From NCBI GenBank assembly GCA_049581965.1, contig JBAUSZ010000228.1:1-37605 (forward strand): 37,605 nucleotides of DNA. The letters run 5' to 3'. This stretch comes from Thermoanaerobaculia bacterium. Lineage in GTDB: Bacteria > Acidobacteriota > Thermoanaerobaculia > UBA5066. The number at the start of each line of letters is the position of its first letter. Within the stretch, counting starts at the first letter, position 1. Below the pieces are notes generated by a model. It made no database searches. It was not told where the DNA came from and saw nothing but the letters and a program-made list of their open reading frames with translations. Positions 9,781 through 19,757 of this stretch are shown here, piece after piece. Both the position numbers and the translations under genes were made by a program.

Positions 9781-10496
9781 GCCTCCTCGAGCTGAAGGAC
9801 GTCACGAAGCGTTTCGGCGGCCTCCAGGCCGTCGGCCACATGACCTTCGCCATCGAGAAGGGCGAAATCTTCGGCCTCATCGGTCCGAACGGAGCCGGCA
9901 AGACGACCGTCTTCAACGTCATCAACGGCTTCTTCGCGCCGACCGAGGGCCAGATCTTTCTCAAGGGCGAGCGCATCGACTTCCTCAAGCCCTACGAGAT
10001 CTGCCGGCGGGGCCTCGCGCGCACATTTCAGGTCGTGAAGCCCCTCGCGCGCCTCACGGTTCTCGAGAACGTGATGGTCTCGGCCTTCTCCCGCACGGAC
10101 CATCGCGAAGAGGCCCGCACGATGGCGATGGAGGCCACGGCCTTCACGGAGATGGAGGCGTGGCGCGACCGGACGGCGGGGAGCCTGCCACTCGGGATGC
10201 GCAAGCGCCTCGAGATGGCCCGCGCCCTCGCGACGAAGCCCGAACTCCTCCTCCTCGACGAGAATTTCGCGGGCCTCAATCCCGCCGAGGTCGAGAAGAC
10301 GATCGCGATCGTCCGCAAGATTCACCAGAGCGGCGTCACGATCCTCATCATCGAGCACAACATGCGCGTCATCATGTCGATCTCGCAGAGGCTCCTCTGC
10401 ATGTGCTATGGCGAGGAGATCTCGCGGGGCACGCCGAAGGAAGTCGCGAACGACCCGAAGGTGATCGAGGCGTATCTGGGGGCCGCGCATGCTTGA
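9777..10496 (+). CDS. livG: ABC transporter ATP-binding protein (LivG family)
   Basis: GTG at 9777 overlaps the livM stop (GTGA). [18 protein letters not shown], Walker A GPNGAGKTT, LLLLDE Walker B and C-terminal VIEAYLG. Confidence 0.85.
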   Translation: MSLLELKDVTKRFGGLQAVGHMTFAIEKGEIFGLIGPNGAGKTTVFNVINGFFAPTEGQIFLKGERIDFLKPYEICRRGLARTFQVVKPLARLTVLENVMVSAFSRTDHREEARTMAMEATAFTEMEAWRDRTAGSLPLGMRKRLEMARALATKPELLLLDENFAGLNPAEVEKTIAIVRKIHQSGVTILIIEHNMRVIMSISQRLLCMCYGEEISRGTPKEVANDPKVIEAYLGAAHA

Positions 10497-11193
10497 GGTC
10501 CAGGGCGTCGACGTCTTCTATGGCGACGTCCAGGTCCTCTGGGACGTGAGCTTCAACGTCCAGAAGGGCGAGATCGTCGCCCTCATCGGGGCGAACGGCT
10601 CGGGCAAGACGACGAGCCTCAACGCCGTGTCTTCGATCCTCAAGTTGCGCAAGGGGTCGATCACCTACGAGGGCGAGCCGCTCCACACACGTGCGGCCCA
10701 CGACCTCGTCGGGCTCGGCATCGCGCACGTGCCCGAAGCCCGGCGCCTCTTCCCCGAGATGACCGTCAAGGAGAACCTCCTCCTCGGCGCCCTCGCGCCG
10801 GAGGCGAAGAAGACGCGCCCCGAAATGCTCGACAAGGTCTACGGGATCTTCCCGCGCCTGAAGGAGCGCGAGAAGCAGGCGGCCGGGACGATGTCGGGCG
10901 GCGAGCAGCAGATGTGCGCGATCGCCCGCGGCCTCATGTCCAAGCCGCGCCTCCTCATGCTCGACGAGCCCTCGCTGGGGCTCTCGCCGATCCTCGTGGC
11001 CGACATCTTCCGCGTTATCCAGGAAGTCCACGACGCCGGCGTGACCGTCCTCCTCGTCGAGCAGAACGTCTTCAAGTCCCTCGCGATCGCGGACCGTGCG
11101 TACGTGCTCGAGAACGGGCGCATCGTGCTGGAGGGCAAGGGCAAGGACCTCCTGAACGACGCGCACGTCAAGGAGGCGTACCTGGGGGTCTGA
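10489..11193 (+). CDS. livF: ABC transporter ATP-binding protein (LivF family)
   Basis: 234 aa. Walker A GANGSGKTT, signature MSGGEQQM, Walker B LLMLDEPS and C-terminal VKEAYLG. Confidence 0.85.
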   Translation: MLEVQGVDVFYGDVQVLWDVSFNVQKGEIVALIGANGSGKTTSLNAVSSILKLRKGSITYEGEPLHTRAAHDLVGLGIAHVPEARRLFPEMTVKENLLLGALAPEAKKTRPEMLDKVYGIFPRLKEREKQAAGTMSGGEQQMCAIARGLMSKPRLLMLDEPSLGLSPILVADIFRVIQEVHDAGVTVLLVEQNVFKSLAIADRAYVLENGRIVLEGKGKDLLNDAHVKEAYLGV

Positions 11194-11228
11194 GGCCGCG
11201 CGGAGGCATGCTCCTCCACCTGCTTCTC

Positions 11229-11257
11229 TTGACACCCCGCGCACGGTGCCCTATCGA
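11229..11257 (+). promoter_or_regulatory. possible sigma70-type promoter of the group 3b hydrogenase operon
   Basis: TTGACA (11229..11234), a 17-nt spacer, then TATCGA (11252..11257). The -10 is weak and close to the RBS GGAGGGAGGG (11261..11270). This is pattern match only. Confidence 0.3.
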
Positions 11258-11275
11258 TTTGGAGGGAGGGTCTGC

Positions 11276-12424
11276 ATGAATGCCTCCGAGGAGGCGCCCG
11301 GCGCCTCGTCCCGCGTGGTCGAGGCGCGTGAGATTTCTGCGCTCCTCGCCGCCATTCTCGACTCGGGTTACAGGCTTCTCGGGCCCACCGTGAAGGACGG
11401 GGCAATCGTCTACGACGCAATCTCCGCCGCGGCCCAGCTCCCCGCCGGAATCGGGCAGGAACAGACGAACGGCCGCTACCGGCTCAGGCAGCGCGGAGAC
11501 GGCGCGCTCTTCGGATACACGGTGGGTCCGCACGCGTGGAAGCGCTTTCTCTTCCCGCCGTCGCTCCGCCTCTTCGGCGTTTCCCGCGAGGAACGCCGCC
11601 TGCGCGCCGAGAAGAACGTCCCCGACACGCGCCCGGACGCCTTCGTCGGCGTGAGACCGTGCGATCTCGCCGCCATCCAGCGCCAGGACCACGTCTTTCT
11701 CGGCGGTCCCTGGCGGGACGTCGATTACGCCGCGCGGCGGGAAAAGGCGCTGATCGTGGCGGTCCAGTGCGGCGAGGCCGAGGGGACCTGCTTCTGCGCC
11801 TCCCTCGGGACGGGCCCGCGCGCCGCGGCGGGCTTCGACCTCGCCCTCACGGAGCTCCTCCCCGGCGGCCGGCACGACTTCCTCGTGGAGGTCGGCTCCC
11901 CGCGTGGCGGCGCCCTCCTCGCGAAGATCGCGTCCCGACCCGCTCGGCCCGAGGACCTCGAAGCCGCGCGGGCGGCGACGCGCCGGGCCTCGGCGGCGAT
12001 GGGCCGGACACTCGACATCGACGGGCTGAAGAAGCTTCTCGAGGCGAGCGCCGAAAGCCCGCGCTGGGAGGAGATCGCGGGCCGCTGCATGTCCTGCGCG
12101 AATTGCACGATGGTCTGCCCCACCTGTTTCTGCACGACCGTCGAGGACGCCTCGGACCTCGCGGGCGTCTCCGCGGAGCGCTGGCGGCGGTGGGACTCGT
12201 GCCACACGCTCGACTTCTCGTACATCCACGGCGGCAGCATCCGGCGGAGCGTCTCCTCGCGTTACCGCCAGTGGATGACGCACAAGCTCGGAACGTGGGT
12301 GGATCAGTTCGGCGAGACCGGCTGCGTCGGCTGCGGCCGGTGCATTACGTGGTGCCCCGTGGGCATCGACCTCACGGAAGAGGCCCGCATTCTGAGGGAA
12401 AGCCGGCCCGCGCCGGCCGCCTGA
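11276..12424 (+). CDS. [NiFe]-hydrogenase group 3b beta subunit (AsrA-like 4Fe-4S protein)
   Basis: I prefer the ATG at 11276, behind the strong RBS GGAGGGAGGG, over the track start at 11246. Cys clusters [26 protein letters not shown] and [14 protein letters not shown]. Its position ahead of the gamma/delta/alpha genes matches the sulfhydrogenase order beta-gamma-delta-alpha. Confidence 0.8.
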   Translation: MNASEEAPGASSRVVEAREISALLAAILDSGYRLLGPTVKDGAIVYDAISAAAQLPAGIGQEQTNGRYRLRQRGDGALFGYTVGPHAWKRFLFPPSLRLFGVSREERRLRAEKNVPDTRPDAFVGVRPCDLAAIQRQDHVFLGGPWRDVDYAARREKALIVAVQCGEAEGTCFCASLGTGPRAAAGFDLALTELLPGGRHDFLVEVGSPRGGALLAKIASRPARPEDLEAARAATRRASAAMGRTLDIDGLKKLLEASAESPRWEEIAGRCMSCANCTMVCPTCFCTTVEDASDLAGVSAERWRRWDSCHTLDFSYIHGGSIRRSVSSRYRQWMTHKLGTWVDQFGETGCVGCGRCITWCPVGIDLTEEARILRESRPAPAA

Positions 12425-12434
12425 CGGAGGACAC

Positions 12435-12911
12435 ATGGAGAACCTCGAGCCGCTGCTCGCGCAGCACCCGTTTCTCAGGGACCTGGATCCGTCACACATC
12501 GCGACCATCACGGGCTGCGCGAAGAACGAGCGCTTCGAGCCGCGACAGTTTCTCTTTCGTGAAGGAGAGGAGGCCAACCACTTCTTCATCGTCCGGCACG
12601 GAAAGGTCGCCGTGGAGGTCGAGGCGCCGCCCCGGGGCCCCGTCACGATCCAGACCGTCGGCGACGGAGAGATCCTCGGATGGTCGTGGCTCATCCCACC
12701 GTACCGGTGGCGCTTCAGCGCCCGGGCGACGGAGCTGACGCGAGTGATCTCGCTCGACGGGCTGTGCCTGCGGCAGAAGTGCGAGAAGGACCACGACCTC
12801 GGGTACGAGCTCCTCAAGCGCTTCGCCGACGTCGTCGGCCAGAGGCTCGACGCCACGCGTATGCAGCTTCTCGACGTCTACGCATCCGAGCCCGTCGGGC
12901 GGCGCCGGTGA
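12435..12911 (+). CDS. stand-alone cyclic-nucleotide-binding-domain protein (no DNA-binding or enzymatic domain)
   Basis: 158 aa. The cNMP/Crp-type beta-roll pattern is [50 protein letters not shown]...[12 protein letters not shown]...[14 protein letters not shown]. The protein ends right after the C-helix. Its stop overlaps the start of the gamma subunit. Confidence 0.75.
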   Translation: MENLEPLLAQHPFLRDLDPSHIATITGCAKNERFEPRQFLFREGEEANHFFIVRHGKVAVEVEAPPRGPVTIQTVGDGEILGWSWLIPPYRWRFSARATELTRVISLDGLCLRQKCEKDHDLGYELLKRFADVVGQRLDATRMQLLDVYASEPVGRRR

Positions 12912-13780
12912 CGGAGGTCCTCGAGATGACGCCTCCGGAGGCCGCCGCGCCGGCAGCGCGGGACCCCATGATCCCGGTCCCGTACGTCGTCGAGCGCACG
13001 CAGCGCGAGACGGCGGACACCTTCACTCTCGAGCTCCTCCCGCAGGGGAACGACGGATTCGCCTTCGGCCCGGGCCAGTTCAACATGCTCTACGTCTTCG
13101 GCGTCGGAGAGGTCCCGATCTCCATCAGCGGCGACCCCGCGTTCCCGCAGCGTCTCGTCCACACGACGCGCGTCGTCGGTGCCGTCACGCGCGGAATGGG
13201 TGCCTTGAGGCGCGGCGATGCGATCGGCGTGAGGGGGCCATTCGGGACCCGATGGCCCGTCGAGGAGGCCGCCGGTTCCGACGTCGTCGTCGTCGCGGGG
13301 GGGATCGGCCTCGCGCCGCTCCGCCCGGCTCTCTACGAAATCCTCTCCCGTCGCGAACGCTACGGGCGCGTCGTCCTTCTGTACGGGGCGCGCACCCCCG
13401 ACGACATCCTCTACCGCAGGCAGCTCCACGACTGGCGCGGCGACTTCGACCTCGACGTCCACGTCACCGTGGACCGGGCGACGAGCGCGTGGCGCGGAAA
13501 CGTGGGCGTCGTCACGACGCTCATCCCGCGCGTTCCGTTCGACCCCCACAACACCGTCGCGATGGTCTGCGGCCCCGAGACGATGATGCGGTTCACCGTC
13601 CTCGAGCTGGAACGCCGCGGGGTGCCGGCCGCCAGGGTCTGGCTCTCCCTCGAGCGGAACATGAAGTGCGGCGTCGGGCTCTGTGGTCACTGCCAGTGCG
13701 GGCCGAAGTTCATTTGCCGGGACGGTCCCGTCTTTCCCTGCGTCGACGTCTGGGACCTCATGTCCCGCCGGGAGCTCTGA
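12908..13780 (+). CDS. [NiFe]-hydrogenase group 3b gamma subunit (AsrB-like FAD/NAD(P)-binding protein with a C-terminal 2Fe-2S site)
   Basis: This is the real part of track ORF 12680..13780. GTG at 12908 overlaps the previous stop (GTGA). ATG at 12926 is an alternative start. [30 protein letters not shown] and the cluster motif [12 protein letters not shown]. Confidence 0.8.
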   Translation: MTEVLEMTPPEAAAPAARDPMIPVPYVVERTQRETADTFTLELLPQGNDGFAFGPGQFNMLYVFGVGEVPISISGDPAFPQRLVHTTRVVGAVTRGMGALRRGDAIGVRGPFGTRWPVEEAAGSDVVVVAGGIGLAPLRPALYEILSRRERYGRVVLLYGARTPDDILYRRQLHDWRGDFDLDVHVTVDRATSAWRGNVGVVTTLIPRVPFDPHNTVAMVCGPETMMRFTVLELERRGVPAARVWLSLERNMKCGVGLCGHCQCGPKFICRDGPVFPCVDVWDLMSRREL

Positions 13781-14554
13781 ATGGAGAAAGCGCGGCCCAA
13801 ACTCGCCGTCTTCAAGTTCGCCTCCTGCGACGGCTGCCAGCTCTCCCTTCTCGACTGCGAGGACGAGCTCCTCGCGGTCGCCGGAGCCATCTCGATCGAC
13901 AACTTCCTGGAAGCCTCGCGCGCCGTCGGGAAGGGGCCCTGGGATCTCGTCCTCGTCGAGGGCTCGATCACGACTCCTCACGATGCCGAGCGGATCCACC
14001 GCGTGCGGCGGCAGGCGAAGTTCCTCGTCACGATCGGGGCCTGCGCGACCGCGGGCGGGATCCAGGCGCTTCGCAACTACGCCGACGTCACTGAATTCGC
14101 GAAGGCCGTCTACGCCTCGCCGCAGTTCCTCGAGGTGCTCGGCAAGTCGACACCCATCCGCGACCACGTCTTCGTCGACTTCGAGCTGCGGGGCTGCCCG
14201 ATCCGCAAGGACCAGCTCCTCGAGGTCGTGAGCGCCTTTCTCGCCGGCCGTAAGCCCGTGACGCCTGCCTCGAGCGTCTGCCTCGAGTGCAAGCGCCTCG
14301 GAACCCCGTGCGTGATGGTCGCGCGCGGAACGCCCTGTCTCGGCCCCGTGACGCAGGCGGGCTGCGGCGCGATCTGCCCGTCCTACGACCGCGGCTGCTA
14401 CGCCTGCTTCGGGCCGATGGAGTCGCCGAACACCTCCGCGCTGGCGGCGCTGTGGCGCGATCTCGGCGTTCCCGAGGGCGGCGTCGTGCGGGCGTTTCGC
14501 TCGTTCAACGCGAGCGCCGAGGCGTTCCGGAAGGAGAGCGAGCTCCATGAGTAA
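13781..14554 (+). CDS. [NiFe]-hydrogenase group 3b delta (small) subunit, NuoB/20-kDa fold
   Basis: 257 aa with no signal peptide. [32 protein letters not shown] and a distal Cys-rich tail ([11 protein letters not shown]...[27 protein letters not shown]). Confidence 0.85.
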   Translation: MEKARPKLAVFKFASCDGCQLSLLDCEDELLAVAGAISIDNFLEASRAVGKGPWDLVLVEGSITTPHDAERIHRVRRQAKFLVTIGACATAGGIQALRNYADVTEFAKAVYASPQFLEVLGKSTPIRDHVFVDFELRGCPIRKDQLLEVVSAFLAGRKPVTPASSVCLECKRLGTPCVMVARGTPCLGPVTQAGCGAICPSYDRGCYACFGPMESPNTSALAALWRDLGVPEGGVVRAFRSFNASAEAFRKESELHE

Positions 14555-15839
14555 GGTCCGGACGATCTCGGTGAATGCTCTCGCGCGCGTCGAGGGCGAG
14601 GGCGGCCTCGCCGTGCGCGTCCGCAATGGCCGAGTCGTCGAGACGAGGCTCGACATCTACGAGCCGCCGCGTTTCTTCGAAGCGTTCCTGCGCGGGCGAT
14701 GCTTCACCGAGGCTCCGGACCTCACCGCGCGCATCTGCGGGATCTGCCCCGTCGCGTACCAGATGAGCTCCGTCCACGCGCTGGAGGCCGCCTGCGGCGC
14801 GGACAGCGGGCCGCGAGTCCGCGAGCTGCGCCGGCTCCTCTACTGCGGCGAGTGGATCGAGAGCCACGTCCTGCACGCCGCGATGCTCCATGCGCCGGAC
14901 TTTCTCGGGTACGAGAGCGCGCTCCACATGGCGAAGGACCATCCCGACGCCGTGAACCTCAGCCTGCGCCTCAAGAAGGCAGGAAACGAGATCGTGACGG
15001 CCGTCGGCGGGCGCGAGATTCACCCCGTGAACGTCCGCGTCGGAGGCTTCTACCGCGCGCCGTCGGCTCGGGAGCTCTCCCCTCTCGTTCCGAAGCTCGA
15101 GACGGCACGGAGCGAAGCCGTCGAGCTCCTCCGCTGGGCCGCGACGTTCGAGTTCCCCGATCTCGACCTCCACCACGAGCTCGTCTCGCTCCGCCACCCG
15201 TCCGAGTACCCCTTCAATGAGGGCCGGATCGTGTCGAGCGAGGGCCTCGACATCGTCGCCGCCGACTACGAGAAGCACTTCGAGGAGGAGCACGTCCAGC
15301 GCTCGAACGCGCTCCATTCGCGCCGCAAGGGCGGCGGGATCATCCAGACCGGGCCGCTCGCCCGTTACACCCTCAACTTCGACCACCTGCCGGCGTCGGT
15401 CCAGGCCGCAGCGAAGGAAGCCGGGCTCGGACGGGAATGCCGCAACCCGTTCAAGAGCATCCTTGTCCGCTGCGTCGAGACTCTCTACGCGATCGACGAG
15501 GCTCTCCGGATCCTGCGCTCGTACGTGCCGCCCGAGCCGCCCTTCGTCGAGGTGACGCCCCGCGACGGCAGCGGCGCCGCCGCCACGGAAGCGCCGCGTG
15601 GCCTCCTCTACCACCGCTACCGGATCGGCGCCGACGGCCTCATCCAGGACGCACGGATCGTCCCGCCCACGGCACAGAACCTCCGGGCGATCGAGGCCGA
15701 CCTCGGCGGCTTCGTCCAGGCCCACCTCGACGTCCCGGAAGAAAGGCTCAAGCTTCTCTGCGAGCAGGTCGTCCGCAACCACGACCCGTGCATCTCGTGC
15801 GCGACGCACTTCCTGAGGTTGAGGATCGAGAGGGACTGA
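14547..15839 (+). CDS. [NiFe]-hydrogenase group 3b alpha (large, catalytic) subunit
   Basis: 430 aa. [16 protein letters not shown] and N-terminal Ni-binding [10 protein letters not shown] (14730..14759). C-terminal DPCISCATH is at 15783..15809, followed by a 9-aa tail. Size and these blocks resemble my recollection of Pyrococcus sulfhydrogenase HydA (ARVEGKGG, PRFFEA, DPCISCSVH). Confidence 0.85.
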   Translation: MSKVRTISVNALARVEGEGGLAVRVRNGRVVETRLDIYEPPRFFEAFLRGRCFTEAPDLTARICGICPVAYQMSSVHALEAACGADSGPRVRELRRLLYCGEWIESHVLHAAMLHAPDFLGYESALHMAKDHPDAVNLSLRLKKAGNEIVTAVGGREIHPVNVRVGGFYRAPSARELSPLVPKLETARSEAVELLRWAATFEFPDLDLHHELVSLRHPSEYPFNEGRIVSSEGLDIVAADYEKHFEEEHVQRSNALHSRRKGGGIIQTGPLARYTLNFDHLPASVQAAAKEAGLGRECRNPFKSILVRCVETLYAIDEALRILRSYVPPEPPFVEVTPRDGSGAAATEAPRGLLYHRYRIGADGLIQDARIVPPTAQNLRAIEADLGGFVQAHLDVPEERLKLLCEQVVRNHDPCISCATHFLRLRIERD

Positions 15840-15841
15840 CG

Positions 15842-16291
15842 GTGGCGCCACTCGTCGTCATCGGCGTCGGCAGCAACTTCCGCGGCGACGACGCGGCGGG
15901 CCTTCTCGCGGCCCGCCGCCTCGGGACCTCCCCCGGCATCCGCGCCGTCGAGCACACGCGGGACGGCCTTTCGCTCATGGAGAACTGGCGGGCGGCAGAC
16001 CGCGTCGTCGTCGTGGATGCGCTGCGCTCGGGACGCGAGCCCGGGACGGTCTTCCGGTTCGAGGCGACGGAAGGGCCCGTGCCTGGCGACGCGGGCTGGG
16101 TGTCCTCCCATTCTCCGGGCGTCGCCGAAGGGATCGAGACAGCCCGGGCCCTCGGCCGCCTTCCCGCCTCTCTCACGGTTTTCGGCATCGAGGCCCAGCA
16201 CGTGGGTCCCGGGGACCGCGTCACGCCGGCGGTCGTCGCGGCCGTGGAAGAGGTCGCCCGGGCGATTCTCGCCGAACGAGGCCCGGGCTGA
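15842..16291 (+). CDS. hydrogenase maturation endopeptidase (HycI/HoxW-like) for the group 3b enzyme
   Basis: This is the real part of track ORF 15437..16291. GTG at 15842 lies 2 nt after the large-subunit stop. APLVVIGVGSNFRGDDAAGLL and VVVVDAL blocks. About 149 aa. Confidence 0.75.
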   Translation: MAPLVVIGVGSNFRGDDAAGLLAARRLGTSPGIRAVEHTRDGLSLMENWRAADRVVVVDALRSGREPGTVFRFEATEGPVPGDAGWVSSHSPGVAEGIETARALGRLPASLTVFGIEAQHVGPGDRVTPAVVAAVEEVARAILAERGPG

Positions 16292-16302
16292 CGCGCGTTC
16301 CC

Positions 16303-17112
16303 CTACTTCCCGAGCTCCCCGGCGACCCGCGCCGCCGTCTCGACGCCGCGCGCGAGGACCGAGCGGATGCGCCCGTCCTCGAGAGCGAGGATCCCCGCGA
16401 TCGTGCAGCCGGCCGGCGTCGTGACGTCGTCCTTTAGGGCGGCCGGGTGGCGGCCGGTCGCGAGGACCATCTCGGCGGCGCCAAGCGTCATCTGGGCGAC
16501 GAGCAGGGTCGCGACGTTCCTCGGCAGGCCGCGCATGACGCCGCCGTCCGCCAGCGCCTCGATGATGATGTAGAGGAACGCCGGACCGCTCGCCGAGAGG
16601 CCGGTCACCGTGTCCATGTGCTTCTCTTCGAGCTCGAGGACCCTCCCGAGGGGCTCGAAGATCTCCGTCGCGAGGGCGACGTGGGCGTCGGTCGCGTGGC
16701 TGCCCTTCGAGAGCACCGTCATGCCCTTCCCGATCAGGCAGGGCGTGTTCGGCATCGCGCGGAGGACGGGTGTCGGGTTCCCGAAGAGTCCCTCGATGAA
16801 CCCCGTACTGATGCCGGCCGCGATCGAGATCGTGAGCGGCGACTTCTTCCCGCCCTTGATCGACTCGACGGCCTTCGCGACGTCCTTCGGCTTCACGCAC
16901 AGGAGGACGATGTCGGCCTCAGCCGCGGCCTTCGCGTTCGTCGTCGCGCAGGGAATCCCGAGCTCTTTCGAGACCTTCTCGGCGCTGGCCTTCGTGCGCG
17001 CGGTCGCGCGCAGCCCTTGCGGTTTCACCTTCCCCGACCGCAGCAGGCCCGAGGCAATGCTCCGGCCCATGGTCCCCGACCCGATGATGGCGATCTTCTT
17101 ATGCGCGAGCAT
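16303..17112 (-). CDS. proC: pyrroline-5-carboxylate reductase
   Basis: I prefer the internal ATG at 17112, behind RBS AGGAG. It gives MLAHKKIAIIGSGTMGRSIASGL (Rossmann GxGxxG). Also VKPKDV, RAMPNTP and GLSASGPAF. The 28-aa extension in the track is Arg/Ser-rich. Confidence 0.9.
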   Translation of the reverse strand: MLAHKKIAIIGSGTMGRSIASGLLRSGKVKPQGLRATARTKASAEKVSKELGIPCATTNAKAAAEADIVLLCVKPKDVAKAVESIKGGKKSPLTISIAAGISTGFIEGLFGNPTPVLRAMPNTPCLIGKGMTVLSKGSHATDAHVALATEIFEPLGRVLELEEKHMDTVTGLSASGPAFLYIIIEALADGGVMRGLPRNVATLLVAQMTLGAAEMVLATGRHPAALKDDVTTPAGCTIAGILALEDGRIRSVLARGVETAARVAGELGK

Positions 17113-17140
17113 GACGAACTCCTTCCGCGGCCCCGCGAGT

Positions 17141-17596
17141 TTACGGTGTTGTCGTCGCGAGGCGCCGTCTCCAGCGGAGGATGCGGCTGGGGGCACCGTC
17201 CCGCGGCGAGAGCGCGATGGGGCGCAACGCCAGGATGTTTTCTCCCTCGAATGAGTAAGAGCGGCGGACGCGCGCGCCCACGCGGTTCGGTACGAAGGAG
17301 ACCTCGGGGAGGTGGATCACCTCTCGGTGCGGCTCGTCGACCTCCCACCGCCCCGCGTAGCCTCCGTACGCGGCGCCCGCCGCGGCAAGTTCCGAGGGAC
17401 TGGGGAAGAATTCTCTCAGAAAGTGAACTCGGGAGGCCCCCGCGAAATTCACCGACATGAGTCCGGAACGCAGGTAGAAGAGCAGCCCCATCGGCCGCTC
17501 GAAACCAACGGCCGGTCCCCTCCCCCTGTTACCTTCTAGGAAATCCTCAATTCCTTCGAGTTCCCACACCCCGATGAATCTCTCGAAATCGCTCAT
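17141..17596 (-). CDS. lipocalin-like domain protein (Lipocalin_5-type)
   Basis: 151 aa. It matches the family pattern as I recall it: FIGVWELEG...PMGLLFYLRSGLMSVNF...AYGGYAGRWEVDE...VIHLPEVSFVPNRVGARVRRSYSFEGENILAL. It lies 28 nt upstream of proC on the same strand. Confidence 0.65.
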   Translation of the reverse strand: MSDFERFIGVWELEGIEDFLEGNRGRGPAVGFERPMGLLFYLRSGLMSVNFAGASRVHFLREFFPSPSELAAAGAAYGGYAGRWEVDEPHREVIHLPEVSFVPNRVGARVRRSYSFEGENILALRPIALSPRDGAPSRILRWRRRLATTTP

Positions 17597-17673
17597 CGTG
17601 TTCTTCCTCGCCCCGGGACACCTCGGTTATAGTTCGCGCACAACAAGAGCATCTGAGTCTCAGGAGGCATCCG

Positions 17674-18894
17674 ATGAAGCGTACCGTGATGGTCTCGCTG
17701 CTCGTTCTCGCCTTGGCGCTCGGCGCCTTTCCGGCGACCGCCGCGGACACGATCGTATTCGGCGCCGCCGTCTCCCTGACGGGCAAGACCGCCAAGGAAG
17801 GCGAGTACACCCGCGACGGCTACAACTTCTTCGTCGACAAGATCAACGAGATGGGGGGCATCACGGTCGGCGGCAAGAAGTACCGGGTCGAGGTCAAGTA
17901 CTACGACGACGAGTCGAAGTCGGAGCGTACGGCCCAGCTCATCGAGAAGCTCATCAACGAGGACAAGGTCACGTTCATCCTCGGGCCTTACGGCTCGGCG
18001 CCCTCGGGCACGGCCGCGCCCATCTGCGAGAAGTACAGGATTCCGATGATCGAGGCGAACGGCTCGGCCGAGTCGATCTTCAGCAAGGGCTACAAGTACA
18101 CGTTCGCGGTCCTCTCGCCCGCGAAGCTCTATCTCAAGGGCGTCATCGATCTCGCCCTCGCGAAGGACAAGGGCGTCAGGACGGTCGCCGTCCTGGGCGA
18201 GAACGAGCCCTTTTCGAAGGAGGTCGCGAGCGGCGGTGCCTCGTATGCGAAGGAGAAGGGCCTCGACGTCGTCTACCAGGAGCTCTACCCGACCGGCACG
18301 CAGGACGTGAGCGCCCTCCTGACGAACATCAAGGCGAAGAGCCCGGACATCGTCCTCGGCGCGGGGCACCTGCAGGACGCGCTCCTCATCGTCAAGCAGG
18401 CCAAGGACCTCGGCGTCTCCCCGAAGGCGATGGGCTTCTCGGTCGGCCCCTCCTCCCCCGAGTTTCGGGAGAACCTCAAGAGCAACGCGGACTACATCTT
18501 CGGCGCGACGCAGTGGACGGAGGCCCTCAAGTACAACGGGGACGACCCCTGGAAGACGCCCAAGGCGTACGGCCAGGCGTTCCGCGCGAAATACACCAAG
18601 TACAGCGTCATCCCGTACCAGGTGGCCGAGTCCTCCGCGGCCGTCATCGCGTTCTGGCGGGCGATCGAGAAGGCGAACTCCCTCGACCCGACGAAGGTCC
18701 GCGACGCGATCGCCGCCCTCGACATCATGACGTTCTACGGCCAGGTCAAGTTCGACTCGCGCGGGATCAACATCTACAAACCGATGGCCGTCGAGCAGCT
18801 CCAGCCGGACGGTCAAAAGTACACCGTCTTCCCGGCGAACGTCGCGGAGAGGGACGCGCTCTATCCGATGGTGCCCTGGGACAAGCGTAAGTGA
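17674..18894 (+). CDS. ABC transporter substrate-binding protein, LivJ/Peripla_BP_6 family (system 2)
   Basis: 406 aa. Signal peptide MKRTVMVSLLVLALALGAFPATAA, then IVFGAAVSLTGKTAKEGEYTRDGYNFFVDKINEMGG. RBS CAGGAGG upstream. Confidence 0.85.
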   Translation: MKRTVMVSLLVLALALGAFPATAADTIVFGAAVSLTGKTAKEGEYTRDGYNFFVDKINEMGGITVGGKKYRVEVKYYDDESKSERTAQLIEKLINEDKVTFILGPYGSAPSGTAAPICEKYRIPMIEANGSAESIFSKGYKYTFAVLSPAKLYLKGVIDLALAKDKGVRTVAVLGENEPFSKEVASGGASYAKEKGLDVVYQELYPTGTQDVSALLTNIKAKSPDIVLGAGHLQDALLIVKQAKDLGVSPKAMGFSVGPSSPEFRENLKSNADYIFGATQWTEALKYNGDDPWKTPKAYGQAFRAKYTKYSVIPYQVAESSAAVIAFWRAIEKANSLDPTKVRDAIAALDIMTFYGQVKFDSRGINIYKPMAVEQLQPDGQKYTVFPANVAERDALYPMVPWDKRK

Positions 18895-19757
18895 GCCTCG
18901 GCGAGCTCGCCCAGATCTTCGTCAACGCGGTCCTCCTGAGCGGGATCCTCGCGCTGGTGGCGCTCGGCTTCTCGCTCGTGTGGGGAATCATGAACATCGT
19001 GAACCTCGCCCACGGGGCCTTCATCGTCCTCGGCGCATACGTCACGTTCTTCCTGCACGAGCTCCTCGGCGTCGATCCCTTCCTCTCGATCCCCGTCGCG
19101 ATGCTCGCCCTCTTCACGCTCGGATGGGGCATCCAGCGCGGCCTCGTGAACCAGATCATCCGGGCCCCCCTCCTCGCGACTTTCCTTCTGACCTTCGGCC
19201 TCGAGCTCTTGATCGTCAACCTCATCAACTTCTTCTTCAAGGCCGACCTGCGCTCCGTCACGACGCCTTACAGCGGCACCGGCTTCACGCTCGGGCCGGT
19301 GCGCGTCCCATACATCCGTCTCGGAGCGCTCGCCGTCTCGCTCCTCCTCGTCGGGGCCCTCGCGTGGTACCTGAAGTCCACGCGCACCGGACGGGCGATC
19401 CGCGCCACCGGAATGGACCTCGATGCGGCTCGCCTCTCGGGCGTGAAGGTCGCGACCGTCTACGCTGCGACGTTCGCGATCGGGGCGGGCATGGCCGGGG
19501 CCGCGGGGTCTCTCCTCTCGATGATCGTCCCCTTCGACCCGAACCTCGGGGGGACGTACACGCAGCGGGCCTTCGCGATCTGCGTCCTCGGCGGACTCGG
19601 AAACGTCGCGAACGTCGTCATCGGCGCGGCCATCTACGCGTTCGTCGACGTCTTCGTCGGTGCGCGGCTCCCGTCGCTCTCGCGCGCCGTCACCTTCGCG
19701 ATCCTCGTCCTGCTTCTCATCCTGCGCCCGCAGGGCATCGCCGGAAAGTCCGCTTGA
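18891..19757 (+). CDS. ABC permease, LivH family (system 2)
   Basis: 288 aa. The GTG start overlaps the SBP stop (GTGA). LVALGFSLVWGIMNIVNLAHGAFIVLGAY and GGLGNVANVVIGA. Confidence 0.85.
   Translation: MSLGELAQIFVNAVLLSGILALVALGFSLVWGIMNIVNLAHGAFIVLGAYVTFFLHELLGVDPFLSIPVAMLALFTLGWGIQRGLVNQIIRAPLLATFLLTFGLELLIVNLINFFFKADLRSVTTPYSGTGFTLGPVRVPYIRLGALAVSLLLVGALAWYLKSTRTGRAIRATGMDLDAARLSGVKVATVYAATFAIGAGMAGAAGSLLSMIVPFDPNLGGTYTQRAFAICVLGGLGNVANVVIGAAIYAFVDVFVGARLPSLSRAVTFAILVLLLILRPQGIAGKSA

Noticed and set aside
11202-11217. Hairpin GGAGG-CATGCT-CCTCC after livF as a terminator
   Set aside because: The stem is only 5 bp and no clean T tract follows. It is too weak to call, and read-through from the ABC operon into the hydrogenase operon cannot be excluded.
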